Source of the DNA: an uncultured Campylobacter sp.
GTDB lineage: Bacteria > Campylobacterota > Campylobacteria > Campylobacterales > Campylobacteraceae
Reading direction: 5' to 3' (one strand)
Length of the DNA: 64,000 nt
Assembly: GCF_900539505.1 (NCBI RefSeq)
Contig: NZ_UQCL01000002.1
Made by a program: the position numbers and the translations under genes
Notes under the pieces: generated by a model
What the model saw: only the letters and a program-made list of their open reading frames with translations
Database searches by the model: none
Told to the model about the DNA's origin: nothing
Shown here: positions 29,830 to 39,970 of the stretch, one piece after another
Numbering within the stretch: position 1 is the first letter of the stretch
How the letters are laid out: every line of letters begins with the position of its first letter

Positions 29830-29969
29830 GCCGCCAAGGCTTCGGCGGCAATTTATAATTTAAATTCCGTATTTTTACGGATCCCGGTTGCGATATAAAA
29901 TTTTATGATGTTTTGATATGCGGTTGTGAAAGGGCGCGGCTTATAAAAGATAGTCGGTCGCAAGAAATT

Positions 29970-30926
29970 CTAATCCGAGTAGTAAAATTTTATATCCTTT
30001 TTCAGTTGCGTCGGCAGTATATTAAATTTAGCCCTAAAAATTTTAGAAAAATGCGATAAATTATTGTATCCGACCATTTTAGCGGCTTCGTTTACGCTGA
30101 TTTGATCTAGACTTAATAGCTCTTTTGCAATTCCAAGCCGCTCATTTGTCAGCATCGCATAAACGCTCGTGCCAAAATATGCTTTAAAATCCCTTTTTAG
30201 TGCAAATTCATTCGTGGCACAAAGACGAGCGAGCTCCTTAATGCTAGGTGGGTTTTGCATATTTTCAAGTAATATTTTCTTTGCTTTTTGGACTGTTTTT
30301 ATGTCATTTTCATCAAGACTAAGCGTATTTTCAGGCTCATTAAATTTATAAAAACTTTTATAAAGCATCTCTAAAATTTTACTTTCCATAAAAATTTCGC
30401 GCATTTTGCCGTCGTATATCGCGGCATTTTCGAGCTCTTTGAGGATGATATTTTGCACGGCGCTTGTTTTAAATTTCTTCATGCAAACGGCCTGATCTAA
30501 ATTCAAATTTTTTAAAATTCCCAGCTCATTTGCAAAAGCGGTGCTAAGCGCTATGCATGAGCTTTTATAGTGTTTATTTTCAAGCTCGTGAACGCCACGC
30601 AATTTGCTTTGCATAGTTCCGAGCCAAAACTCACCTTTATTCAAAACGAATTGATCTTTATCCGATCTGAAGCAGATAGGATTTTCGCCCGTATTGAAAA
30701 ATAAAAATGAATAGCGGCTACCTCGCTCGTGGCGATGCAAAAGAAAATCTCTGCAAATTATATCGCTGCTATAATATCCTATCCCTCCGCCCGTATAAAA
30801 AGAGCTAAAGTCGAATTTTATACTTTCGCTTTCAAGCTCGGTTTTGTTATACCCACATTGCTTGGACGGCTCAATGTCGTTAGATATTTTTTGTAAAAAA
30901 TCATCTAAACTTATCTCTTTAATCAT
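29970..30926 (-). CDS. AraC-family transcriptional regulator
   Basis: C-terminal double HTH (KELARLCATNEFALKRDFKAYFGTSVYAMLTNERLGIAKELL…GYNNLSHFSKIFRAKFNILP). Divergent from the TonB receptor gene. Confidence 0.8.
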   Translation of the reverse strand: MIKEISLDDFLQKISNDIEPSKQCGYNKTELESESIKFDFSSFYTGGGIGYYSSDIICRDFLLHRHERGSRYSFLFFNTGENPICFRSDKDQFVLNKGEFWLGTMQSKLRGVHELENKHYKSSCIALSTAFANELGILKNLNLDQAVCMKKFKTSAVQNIILKELENAAIYDGKMREIFMESKILEMLYKSFYKFNEPENTLSLDENDIKTVQKAKKILLENMQNPPSIKELARLCATNEFALKRDFKAYFGTSVYAMLTNERLGIAKELLSLDQISVNEAAKMVGYNNLSHFSKIFRAKFNILPTQLKKDIKFYYSD

Positions 30927-30974
30927 CTTATCCCTTTAGCGTTTAAAAAAATCCCTCTGCCGTTTAGTATTTCT

Positions 30975-30994
30975 TGATAATGCGTATCTTATTA
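30975..30994. promoter_or_regulatory. possible Fur-box-like element in the AraC / TonB-receptor divergent promoter
   Basis: GATAATGCGTATCTTATTAT contains a GATAATG core followed by AT-rich hexamers. Confidence 0.25.
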
Positions 30995-31035
30995 TAGTAA
31001 AATGAGTTTAAATTTTAATAAGAAAAGGGGCGTTT

Positions 31036-33006
31036 GTGCGCGCAATATATAAATTATCGCTGATTGCTGCTATAGCGACAGCCGGAATATCGAGCGAGAT
31101 AGAAAAACAAGGCAAAAGTGTAAATTTGGGTGAAATTACCGTAGTCAGTGCTACGGGCTATCGGCAAAATATCCAAGACGCACCCGCTTCTATCTCCGTT
31201 CTTACGCAAAAAGAGATACAAAAGCGCAACTATCAAGATATCTCCGCGATGGTAGAGGATTTGCCGAGTGCCTTTACCGCAACGCTAGGCGCTGCATCGA
31301 GAAAAGGCATAAGCCTAAGAGGCCTATCTCAAAAATATACAAAAATTTTAATCGACGGCAAACCTGCAACCAGCGATAGTGCTTATAAAGGATTAAGGAG
31401 TATCGGCAGCAGCCAGAATTTCTTGCCTCCCGCAAATGCGATAGAGCGCATAGAGGTCATCCGCGGGCCTATGAGCTCGCTTTACGGCAGCGACGCTATG
31501 GGCGGAGTAATAAATATCATCACCAAGGGCTTTTCAAATGAGCTTAGCGGTAATGTAAACGGATACTATACTTTCGCTAAAAAATCGCAAATAAAAGGTG
31601 ATTATCAAACAGGTTTTTATCTAAACGGAGCTATTGTCCCGGACGTGCTAGGTATCGCACTTTACGGCAGATTTTTTGAAAAGATAGAGGACAAAGAGCC
31701 TTATGCGAATAGAAATAATGAAGAGACGAATATGGGCGCAAAACTGATGTATAACGTAACGCAAAATGATGAGGTAGCGCTTGATTATCGTAAAGTAAAT
31801 AATAAATTTAGGCGTACATACGGGCGTACGCGAACAACCTCGGGAGGCAATAACGATATTGCGAAAGAGGATATGAAAGGCTACACCGCAAGCCTGTCTC
31901 ATCAGGGAAAATACGATAAGTTTATGATAGATAGCTATGCAAATTACGATAGCATGAAAGAAAGCGGCGCCCAGGATCTGCGTCTTAGAACGACTACGCT
32001 AAATTCTAAAGGCTCATATTTTTTCGATTCAAATGCTTTGAGTTTGGGCGTGCAATACCGAAGCGAGAGATTAAACGAAGCCGCCACTACCGCAGATGAG
32101 GCAAATGTCAAAAGATGGGATTATTCGATCTACGGCGAGGATGATTTTTATCTAACTGATGATTTAACGCTAACCGGCGGAATCAGATATAACCGCGATA
32201 AAGACTACGGCGGCCATATATCGCCGCGCGCTTATGCCGTTTATCGTTTAAACGAAAGTTTTTCTATTAAAGGTGGCGTTTCGACGGGATATTCAACTCC
32301 GGATATTAAGCAGCGTAGCGAGGGCCTTGCCCTGCCGTTTGCAGGAGGGCAAGGAGCGCAGATAGGCAGAAGCTCTTTAAAGCCTGAAAGCAGCATAAGC
32401 TACGAAGGCGGGTTTTCTTACGACGATAACGATAAATTTAACTTTAGCGCTACCGCGTTTTATACCAAAATCAAAGATGGAATTTCTACCAAATTAATTT
32501 GCCGTCCAAGACTGGGAAATCCTTGCGTGCATAACGGCAAAACTTACAGGCGCGGAATTTGGGATACTATAAATATCGCAGAAGCCGAGGTTAGGGGTCT
32601 AGAGCTAAGTAGCGATTATCAAATTTTAGATAATTTGAAGCTGCATGCAAACTACGCCTATACGAAATCCGAGCAAAAAACGGGTAGCGAGAAGGGCAAA
32701 ACCTTAAATAATTTTCCAATCCATTCGGTAAAGCTAGGATTTGATTACGACGTAAGCTCCAAGCTAAACTTATGGTCGCAAATAAATTATTATAGTAGGA
32801 CGCGCGATAGCCTAAGCTACGATGAGGATATCCGCTCATACACGCTTTTTGATCTGGGCGCGAGCTATAAACTCACAAAAGACGCAAGTTTAAATTTTAC
32901 GCTTTATAACATATTCAACGAATTCGTACTAACGCGCTCGGGAAATTATCAAATGATGGTCGTAGACGGGATGAAGGCTCAGGTTGGATTTAACGTGAAC
33001 TTTTAA
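31036..33006 (+). CDS. TonB-dependent outer-membrane receptor (siderophore/haem type), GTG start
   Basis: Signal peptide. Plug region (ITVVSATGYRQNIQDAPASISVLTQKEIQKRNYQDI). About 600-aa barrel ending …VGFNVNF. RBS AAAAGGGG. Confidence 0.85.
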   Translation: MRAIYKLSLIAAIATAGISSEIEKQGKSVNLGEITVVSATGYRQNIQDAPASISVLTQKEIQKRNYQDISAMVEDLPSAFTATLGAASRKGISLRGLSQKYTKILIDGKPATSDSAYKGLRSIGSSQNFLPPANAIERIEVIRGPMSSLYGSDAMGGVINIITKGFSNELSGNVNGYYTFAKKSQIKGDYQTGFYLNGAIVPDVLGIALYGRFFEKIEDKEPYANRNNEETNMGAKLMYNVTQNDEVALDYRKVNNKFRRTYGRTRTTSGGNNDIAKEDMKGYTASLSHQGKYDKFMIDSYANYDSMKESGAQDLRLRTTTLNSKGSYFFDSNALSLGVQYRSERLNEAATTADEANVKRWDYSIYGEDDFYLTDDLTLTGGIRYNRDKDYGGHISPRAYAVYRLNESFSIKGGVSTGYSTPDIKQRSEGLALPFAGGQGAQIGRSSLKPESSISYEGGFSYDDNDKFNFSATAFYTKIKDGISTKLICRPRLGNPCVHNGKTYRRGIWDTINIAEAEVRGLELSSDYQILDNLKLHANYAYTKSEQKTGSEKGKTLNNFPIHSVKLGFDYDVSSKLNLWSQINYYSRTRDSLSYDEDIRSYTLFDLGASYKLTKDASLNFTLYNIFNEFVLTRSGNYQMMVVDGMKAQVGFNVNF

Positions 33007-33055
33007 ATTCGCAGCGCATAAATTTCGTCCGCGGATTTAAAATTTAAGGAAATTA

Positions 33056-34201
33056 ATGGCGATTCTAAAAAGGAAAAAATTTTGGTTCAATGTCCATCTT
33101 ATTTTGACGCTTATATGCTGCGTGCCGATCTTAATCATAGCCCTTAGCGGCGCTATTATCTCGTATCATGATGAGATAATAGATGCGTTAAATCAAAGCA
33201 AATCTTTCGTGAGCCCGAGCGGAAAAGACGCTCTTAAGCCCGTCAAAATTTTAAATATTTTCAGAAAAGCCAAGCCCGGTTTTACGCTCAGTTATTATAG
33301 AATTCCTCAAAATAAAAATGGGGCGATTAGGCTTTCCGGTACAGATTCTAGCGGCGAGTTTAAATCATATTTTATAGATCCTTATAACGGCGAAATTACT
33401 TCGGAAAACATAGGCGATACGTTTATTGGCGTAGCGCTAAATCTACATACCAATCTAGGGTTTGGGCTAAGCAAAAACGAAACTCTGCGGCTAATAGGCA
33501 AAAATATCGTGGCGCTTAGCACGGTTATGTTTATTTTGGTCTTAATTTCAGGCGTGGTGATCTATTATCCTAGTTTTAGAGGAAAGATTTTACGCGCATT
33601 TAGGATAAATTTTAAAGCGAGAGGTTACACGTTTTTATATAGCTTGCACGGCGCGGTCGGAGTTTTGCTACTGCCCGTTTTGCTTACGATAAGCGCTAGC
33701 GGGCTTTATTGGTCGTATGATTGGATAGCCAAAATCACCAACAGAGCGCTAGGGGAAAAGGAAATTTTTAGAAAAACGAGCTTTACCGAAGTGCGAGGAT
33801 TTTCGCTCGAGGATGAAGATAAAATTTTAAATTTGCAGACGGCACTTGATATTTTTAAGCGTGAACGCGGTGAAAACTACGAATTCTTTAACATCATCGC
33901 CCAAAAAGATGGAGAAAATTTTATGATCTTTTATTTCGATAAAGGCGAAAAGAGCGAAGAGCATATGAACACGATGAGCGTAAACGTTAAAAAGGGCATC
34001 TTGCGGCATGCTTGCTATGATGATGCGAAAAGCACCATGCCGCGCCCTTTTGCTATACATAAAGCCGTTTTGAGCGTGCATTCGGGCTATATCTTCGGCG
34101 AGGCGGGTAAGTTCTTATTTTGCGTAGCGGCGATTTCTGTGTTATTTTTTATAGTTACGGGATTTTGGATGAGCATAAAAAGAATTTGCAAGAAAAGATA
34201 A
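33056..34201 (+). CDS. PepSY-associated TM-helix domain protein (PiuB-like)
   Basis: N-terminus KRKKFWFNVHLILTLICCVPILIIALSGAI, four TM helices and repeated PepSY_TM segments. Typical partner of TonB receptor genes. Confidence 0.7.
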   Translation: MAILKRKKFWFNVHLILTLICCVPILIIALSGAIISYHDEIIDALNQSKSFVSPSGKDALKPVKILNIFRKAKPGFTLSYYRIPQNKNGAIRLSGTDSSGEFKSYFIDPYNGEITSENIGDTFIGVALNLHTNLGFGLSKNETLRLIGKNIVALSTVMFILVLISGVVIYYPSFRGKILRAFRINFKARGYTFLYSLHGAVGVLLLPVLLTISASGLYWSYDWIAKITNRALGEKEIFRKTSFTEVRGFSLEDEDKILNLQTALDIFKRERGENYEFFNIIAQKDGENFMIFYFDKGEKSEEHMNTMSVNVKKGILRHACYDDAKSTMPRPFAIHKAVLSVHSGYIFGEAGKFLFCVAAISVLFFIVTGFWMSIKRICKKR

Positions 34202-34390
34202 ATTTATGAATTCAAAGCGGAGAAATAGCTTATTCGCGGCGTAAATTTAAAATTTTATCCGAAGCAGTATCGCTTCTTTTCAGTTAATAAAATTTTATGT
34301 GTAGCGCTTTGAAATACTGCGTGCAGAGTCTTTGTGGGCCTTGTGCCGCATCTTGATTTTGTTAAATTTCCTTCGGCGTTTCAACCGCGC

Positions 34391-35323
34391 TTATTTGCCG
34401 TTCATAAAATCCCTAATATTTTGCGCGATCATCTTTATCAGCCGTTTGCGAGCCTCGACGCTCGCCCATGCGATGTGAGGCGTGATGATGACGTTGCGGC
34501 GATTTTTCACGCGCAGCAGCGGATGATCCGCCCTCATCGGCTCTGTTTGCAGCACGTCAAGCGCCGTGCGTAGGCCTCGCTCGTCCACGGCGCGAGCCAG
34601 CGCGTCCTCGTCCACGATGCCGCCGCGGCCGAAATTCATCAAGATCGCCCCCTCTTTCATCTTCGCAAGCTCCGCCTCGCCGATCAATCCCGCCGTTTTT
34701 GGATTTAGCGGAGCGTGGATCGAGATTATGTCGCAAGCCTTCAAAAGCGCGTCCAGGCTCACTCTGGCAAACTCGCCGTTATCGTTCGCGCCGCTGGTGG
34801 AGTAGTATCTCACGTTTGCGCCGAACGCGGCGGCGATGCGGGCGACCTTTGCGCCGATCTGTCCAAGCCCGATGACGCCGAATTCTTTGCCGTAAATTTC
34901 GCTGATGGGCGCGTCAATGTGGGTAAAAATTTCGCTCTCGCACCATTTGCCACTGCTGCCGTAGTCTGCGTAGTATCCGAGCGCGTTGGTTAGCGCGAAC
35001 AGCGACGCGAAGGTCTGCTGCACGACGCTGTTCGTCGAATAGCCCGCTACGTTTTTTACCGCGATGCCGCGAGCCTGCGCTGCCTGCATGTCGATGTTAT
35101 TCGTGCCAGTGGCGCTGACGCAGATCAGCTCAAGCGCGGTTTGCGCCATGATCTCGTCCGTGATTAGGACTTTGTTGGTTATGACGACGTCAGCGCCCGC
35201 TAGGCGCTGCGCGGTTTGCGCGGGCTCGGTCATCTCGTAGCTTTCAAACTCGCCTAAGCTCGCAATCTCGCTAAGATCGGCGTCGCTTCCCAGCGTCGCG
35301 GCATCCAAACATACGATTTTCAT
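34391..35323 (-). CDS. D-isomer-specific 2-hydroxyacid dehydrogenase
   Basis: NAD-binding GVIGLGQIGAKVARIAAAFGANV. Catalytic-domain pattern (…HIAWAS…). 310 aa. Confidence 0.8.
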   Translation of the reverse strand: MKIVCLDAATLGSDADLSEIASLGEFESYEMTEPAQTAQRLAGADVVITNKVLITDEIMAQTALELICVSATGTNNIDMQAAQARGIAVKNVAGYSTNSVVQQTFASLFALTNALGYYADYGSSGKWCESEIFTHIDAPISEIYGKEFGVIGLGQIGAKVARIAAAFGANVRYYSTSGANDNGEFARVSLDALLKACDIISIHAPLNPKTAGLIGEAELAKMKEGAILMNFGRGGIVDEDALARAVDERGLRTALDVLQTEPMRADHPLLRVKNRRNVIITPHIAWASVEARKRLIKMIAQNIRDFMNGK

Positions 35324-35439
35324 ATTTTCCCCTTTGCGTTTTAAAATTTTAAGTCGTAGCAGCGCGGTTAAATTTAGCCGCTAAATTCCGCCACGCGGTC
35401 GGAGCGCGGCGCTTAAGCGGCAAAATTTTAACTCTGCAA

Positions 35440-35560
35440 ATTTAGCTATTGCGGAAATTTGCTCGCGAGATTTTGCTATTGCAAAATTTGCTCTCGCAAA
35501 ATTTAACTATCGCAAATTCTGCCCTCGCAAAATTTAATGCTCGCAGCGCGCGGCGTTAAA
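35440..35560. repeat. degenerate ~25-bp tandem repeats in a long intergenic region
   Basis: …ATTGCGGAAATTTGCTCGCGAG / ATTTTGCTATTGCAAAATTTGCTCTCGC / AAAATTTAACTATCGCAAATTCTGCCCTCGC / AAAATTTAATGCTCGCAGCGC. Confidence 0.4.
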
Positions 35561-35962
35561 TTTTAAAATTCTAACTCGCATCAAAATAAGCGGTAAATTT
35601 TACTGCCGTTGGAACCTGCGTCTAAATTTAAAATTTCAATTTGCGCCGAAGCGAGAGATAAATTTAATCGCCGTCGCCGTTCGCGTATAAATTTTAAAAT
35701 TTAGCTCGCGCAAATCTTAGTCTGTACGGAATTTTAGCCCGCGCCAATTTAACCTGCGCAAAATTTATCCGCGCAGAATTTTGGTCGCGCCACTACGTTA
35801 AATTTCGCCGTAGCTTCCTAGCGTTAAATTTTGCTACCGAGCGACAAATTTGCCGTTGCCGCCGAGCGATAAAATTTACCGCCGCGAGAACCTTGCTGCC
35901 AAATTTATCGCCAAGAGCCGCCGCCCTAAAATTTCTCAAATTTTATAAAATTCGCCGCGCCG

Positions 35963-37147
35963 CTAATGCGCATCCTCGATGTAGTGCCCTACAAATTTTG
36001 AGAGATTATTGAGTATCTCGCCGCCCTTGCGGAAGCCCAGCGCGCAGCCTTCATAGGCGAAAAATACCCCCGCTTGGTAGTTCTGGGCGCGCTCGTCTTT
36101 GTTGAGCTCATAAAATTCCTGATATAAAAATTTCTGATTTCCGTATTCGCCGCCGTTTTCCTCTATCTTTTTGCCGTCCGCGTCGAAGATCGCCACGTTC
36201 GCTCCCTCGCGCGCCAAAAACGGCTTTTTGATCATCTTTTTACCGATGATCGGCGAAAAGGAGCTTTGTATCAGCAGCGGGTGGTTCGGATAGAGATCCC
36301 ACAGGATTTTCATAATCCCCTTGCTTTGAAAAAGCAACGTGTATGCGGGATTTAGGATGATCGCCTTTTGATTTTGCACGATGTTTTTTAAGATGAGCGC
36401 AAGCTCGCCCTCCTCGATCGCGATCGCCTCCCAAGGGATGAGCTTGAACCAATACTCGTAGTTTTCGCCGTCAAAAAACACGCCCTCTTCGTCGTTAAAT
36501 TCCACCTCGTTCACGTAGGCAAAGCGCGTCTTAAAGCCCGCATCCTCCGCGGTCTGCTGCAAAAGCTTCGTCGTCTTTTCGTCCTCGACGTTGCCCGCGA
36601 CGCTGCTAAATAGAATTTTCCACCCCTCGTAAAATTTAGAAAAATCCTCCAGCTCGCCGTCAAGCACCACGAGCCGCTTGAAATTATCGCGCAGCGCGTC
36701 GTAGAGGTCGTTGAACTGGCTCGCCTCGTCCATGCCGTTTTTTTTGAGCATCGCCCACTGGATGATCGCGGTCTCAAACACCGCCGTAGGCGTGTCGGCG
36801 TTAAATTCTATCAGCTTGATTGGCTTGCCGTCCAGCCCGCCTGCGAAATCAAAGCGCCCGTATAGGTGCCAGTGCACCTCGTTTTCCCAGCTTTGCTTGA
36901 TTAGATCGACGAGGTTGAAGGGGATGCCTAGCTCGTGGAAGAGGTTATTGTCGATGACGTGCTGCGCAGCTGCGACAAACATCTCGTATAGCTCGTTTGC
37001 GGCCTTATAATACGCATCCGCCTCCGCAGCGCTCACGCGCACAATCTCGTCGCTGACGTAAGGGGTCTCGTCTGCGTCCGTGTGCCAGTAAAAGCCGAGC
37101 TTTTCGAGATACTCGTTGCTTAACGGCGTTATCTTTTTTAGTTGCAT
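35963..37147 (-). CDS. glutathionylspermidine synthase family protein (YgiC/YjfC-like ATP-grasp amidoligase)
   Basis: 394 aa. GSP-synthase pre-ATP-grasp pattern (…LYGRFDFAGGLDGKPIKLIEFNADTPT…). Lies next to a UPF0323 lipoprotein gene, as in Cj0371/Cj0372. Confidence 0.7.
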   Translation of the reverse strand: MQLKKITPLSNEYLEKLGFYWHTDADETPYVSDEIVRVSAAEADAYYKAANELYEMFVAAAQHVIDNNLFHELGIPFNLVDLIKQSWENEVHWHLYGRFDFAGGLDGKPIKLIEFNADTPTAVFETAIIQWAMLKKNGMDEASQFNDLYDALRDNFKRLVVLDGELEDFSKFYEGWKILFSSVAGNVEDEKTTKLLQQTAEDAGFKTRFAYVNEVEFNDEEGVFFDGENYEYWFKLIPWEAIAIEEGELALILKNIVQNQKAIILNPAYTLLFQSKGIMKILWDLYPNHPLLIQSSFSPIIGKKMIKKPFLAREGANVAIFDADGKKIEENGGEYGNQKFLYQEFYELNKDERAQNYQAGVFFAYEGCALGFRKGGEILNNLSKFVGHYIEDAH

Positions 37148-37512
37148 TTTTATCCTTTTTTTAAAATTTTAACTCATCTGCGCCGCGATCCTTGCGGCCT
37201 TTGCTAGTTTTGATACGCATACGATTTCGCGTAAATTTAAAGCGCGCAAGACGCACGGCAAAATTTAATTAGCGTAGATCATGCGCGGCGATCGTGCGTA
37301 AATTTAAGCCACGCGAGATCTGCGGCTAATTTAAACGGGCACGCAGACGCTGTGGATCATGCGCGACAGAAGCGATAAAATTTAGCCGAGTTTTACCGCG
37401 CGTTTTTTGAAAAACCCACGTCAAATCAATGCTAAATTTGGCGCAAATTTTAAAATTCTACGCGCTAAATTTAAACTCGCCGCGCAAAGCCGCCGTATGT
37501 TTCAAAGCGCGC

Positions 37513-38100
37513 TTAACCGCCGAAAAATCCACCGCTCTTGCCGCTCTTGCTTCCGCCGAAAAATCCGCTTCTACCGCTTCGCGCCTTATCGTTTTGCTGC
37601 TTTGCTTGATTGAAGCTATCGACGCTTCTAGAATATGCGCTCGGGCTTTTATAGGCGGTTTGGCGCTGGCTTTGGTAGGCTGGGTTGTTAAACAGCTTGC
37701 CGCCGATCCACGAGCCGATGATGGCGCCTGCAGCGCTTGCCAAGATCGCTTCACCCAGGCTCATGCCGCCGCTGCTAAGCTGCGCGTTTTGGTTGGTTAA
37801 ATTTGAAGTGCCGGCGTCGATTTTGGCGTTTTCTTCGGCCAGAAGGGCTTTGGTTTCATCATCGCTTAAAATTCTCTCCGTGCCGTCGAGCGATCTTAAG
37901 ATGATCTGGGTCTTTTCGCTTGGAAATTCCTCTAAAATTTTATATTTTCCCGGCGCGACCTCTTCAAGCCGCACGAGCGCGCCTTCTTGCAGACGGACGT
38001 TTTGCTCCTGCCCCCTATCGTCGCAGCCTGCTAACGAGCCCGCCATAACGAGCCCGAAGCCGCTTACCAGCGCATAGCTAGCGATTTTGCGTAGTTTCAT
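37513..38100 (-). CDS. UPF0323-type lipoprotein with a G/S/F-rich C-terminal tail
   Basis: Start at MKLRKIASYALVSGFGLVMAGSLAGC (lipobox LAGC). RBS GAAAGGAAAAAA. The listed ORF carries a spurious 55-codon 5' extension. Tail GFFGGSKSGKSGGFFGG. Confidence 0.6.
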   Translation of the reverse strand: MKLRKIASYALVSGFGLVMAGSLAGCDDRGQEQNVRLQEGALVRLEEVAPGKYKILEEFPSEKTQIILRSLDGTERILSDDETKALLAEENAKIDAGTSNLTNQNAQLSSGGMSLGEAILASAAGAIIGSWIGGKLFNNPAYQSQRQTAYKSPSAYSRSVDSFNQAKQQNDKARSGRSGFFGGSKSGKSGGFFGG

Positions 38101-38735
38101 TTTTTTCCTTTCAATGATTTTATATCTAAGCTTTGATTTATCAAAAGCTCGTTTCCCTCGACGCGGATAAACTCGCTCTTGCCGATATTTTCGATGATTA
38201 GGCTTTGCGCTTTTGGACGCTTTTTGCGTTTGAGCGATTTTACGAATTTTGCAAGGCTCGTCCATTCGCTGCGATCGAAGGTTTTTTCTTTGATTTCGAC
38301 ATCATAGGGTTTGGCTTCGCGGCTTTTGCTCGAAAGCAGCGGTTTGTCGAAAAACGACAAAAAATACCTGAGCTTCTCATCGCGCTCTTTATACATCAGC
38401 TTGATTTCATCTTTCGAGGCGATTAAAATTTCCTCTTTTTCTTTGTGAAGCCTGTCCTTATCGCTTTGTAGCGCTTCGATTTTACTCTTTAGCTCGGAGA
38501 TTTCTTTGATGAGATAGTCGATGAAGCTTTGAGTGCCAGCCCCGCCGCCAGTGCGCGAGCTTTTCGCAGAGCTTTGCGAAGCGGGCTCGCTTTGTTGCAT
38601 TTCATCATCTAAAAGCACGTAGCGTACGCCGCCGCTTTCCTCGGCGCGCAAGGAATTTCTGCGGATGCGGTTATAGACGGCTTCTTTTGAAATTCCTAAA
38701 ATTTCGGCTGCTTCGCCGATCGAGACTTTTTTCAT
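38097..38735 (-). CDS. helix-turn-helix domain protein with central coiled coil
   Basis: N-terminal HTH (VSIGEAAEILGISKEAVYNRIRRNS), excisionase/MerR-like. A heptad-rich middle region. Its stop overlaps the lipoprotein gene start (ATGA). Confidence 0.5.
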   Translation of the reverse strand: MKKVSIGEAAEILGISKEAVYNRIRRNSLRAEESGGVRYVLLDDEMQQSEPASQSSAKSSRTGGGAGTQSFIDYLIKEISELKSKIEALQSDKDRLHKEKEEILIASKDEIKLMYKERDEKLRYFLSFFDKPLLSSKSREAKPYDVEIKEKTFDRSEWTSLAKFVKSLKRKKRPKAQSLIIENIGKSEFIRVEGNELLINQSLDIKSLKGKK

Positions 38736-39011
38736 ACAAAGATGCCTTTTAGCGTTTTAGGTAATTATTGCTAAATTTGCCTAAAATAGGCATTAAACGC
38801 TTCGTTTACAAAGATAGATTCCGCTTTACCGCAGCCGGCGCGCGATAAATTCCGCTCGCTTGCGCTTGCGCGATATAAAATTTCGCTTCGCTTGCAAAGC
38901 CGCGCAAATTATTTTTTGCTAAGCTTTTAGAATTTTAACCAAACAATGTTGCTTAATTAAGTATATTTTTTATACACTTACAAAAAATTTTAGTATTTCA
39001 AAGGAGGCGAA

Positions 39012-39635
39012 ATGCCCGAATCGCCTAAATATAAAAAATCCGAAATTCGCTGCAAGCTCATTTTAGACGCGGCGCTGGAGCTGTTTTTAGCCAAAGGCTA
39101 CGAAGCTACGAGCTTAAGCGATATCATCGAGCTTAGCGGCGGCTCGCTATCGTCGGTTTATAAGTATTTTGATAACAAAGAAAGTCTATTTTTGCGCATC
39201 ATCGAACTGCAAAGTAAAAAGCTCGACGAGCGAATGAACGAGCGCATGCGAATCAATAAAGACCTAAAATTACGTGAGTATCTGCAGGAGTTTGCAGGGA
39301 TTTATCTGGAGTTTCTTTTCGCTCCGGAGGCGATAAAATTCTACCGACTGATACTTTTCAGCGGCTTTAACGGTGCGCTTAGCGAGAGCCCAAAAATCTT
39401 TTTAAAAAGCGGCGTGCTAGGTTCGCCGAATGCGCTGGATGAGTATTTGGCGGCGCATGCGGACGAGTTTGCGCCCGGACGCACGGCAAAAAGCCTAGCG
39501 CTATATTTCTGCTTTTTGCTTAGAGAGCCGCATTTTAGCAGGCTGCTATTTTTCGACGAAAAGCTAAATTTCAAAGCGAGCGAGCTAATCGAGGATCGCA
39601 TCGATATGTTTTTGCTAGGCGTAAAAAAGCGCTAA
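39012..39635 (+). CDS. TetR/AcrR-family transcriptional regulator
   Basis: N-terminal HTH KLILDAALELFLAKGYEATSLSDIIELSGGSLSSVYKYFDNKESLF. RBS AAGGAGG. Confidence 0.8.
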   Translation: MPESPKYKKSEIRCKLILDAALELFLAKGYEATSLSDIIELSGGSLSSVYKYFDNKESLFLRIIELQSKKLDERMNERMRINKDLKLREYLQEFAGIYLEFLFAPEAIKFYRLILFSGFNGALSESPKIFLKSGVLGSPNALDEYLAAHADEFAPGRTAKSLALYFCFLLREPHFSRLLFFDEKLNFKASELIEDRIDMFLLGVKKR

Positions 39636-39970
39636 TAGCAGAATTTTACGGCGTAAATTCTGCGCTTTTTGCACCTTTAAATTTTATGAGCGGTTTGGGA
39701 CTTGGATTTTGTAGCTTGGATTCTATCCGTTACCAAGCGCTATAAAGTGCCGCATATTCCGCGCTTAAAATTTTAATTCTATCGATGCAGAATTTTTGAA
39801 ATGATTAGAGCTGAAATTTTTATTTTCCGTATTAAATTCTGCGCCGCAGTTAGAATTTTGCCGTTAAATTTCGCGCCTCTTGCCTGCGCCTTTAAATTTG
39901 CGCCACGCAGATTTTAAATTTAATAAAACCTCTTATAATCTCGCGAAATTTCAGATCAAAAGGATTAAAA

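Noticed and set aside
37513-38265. Listed 250-aa ORF for the UPF0323 lipoprotein
   Set aside because: The first 55 codons are basic repeat-derived sequence. A canonical lipoprotein signal and RBS start at 38100, which also gives the ATGA overlap with the upstream gene.
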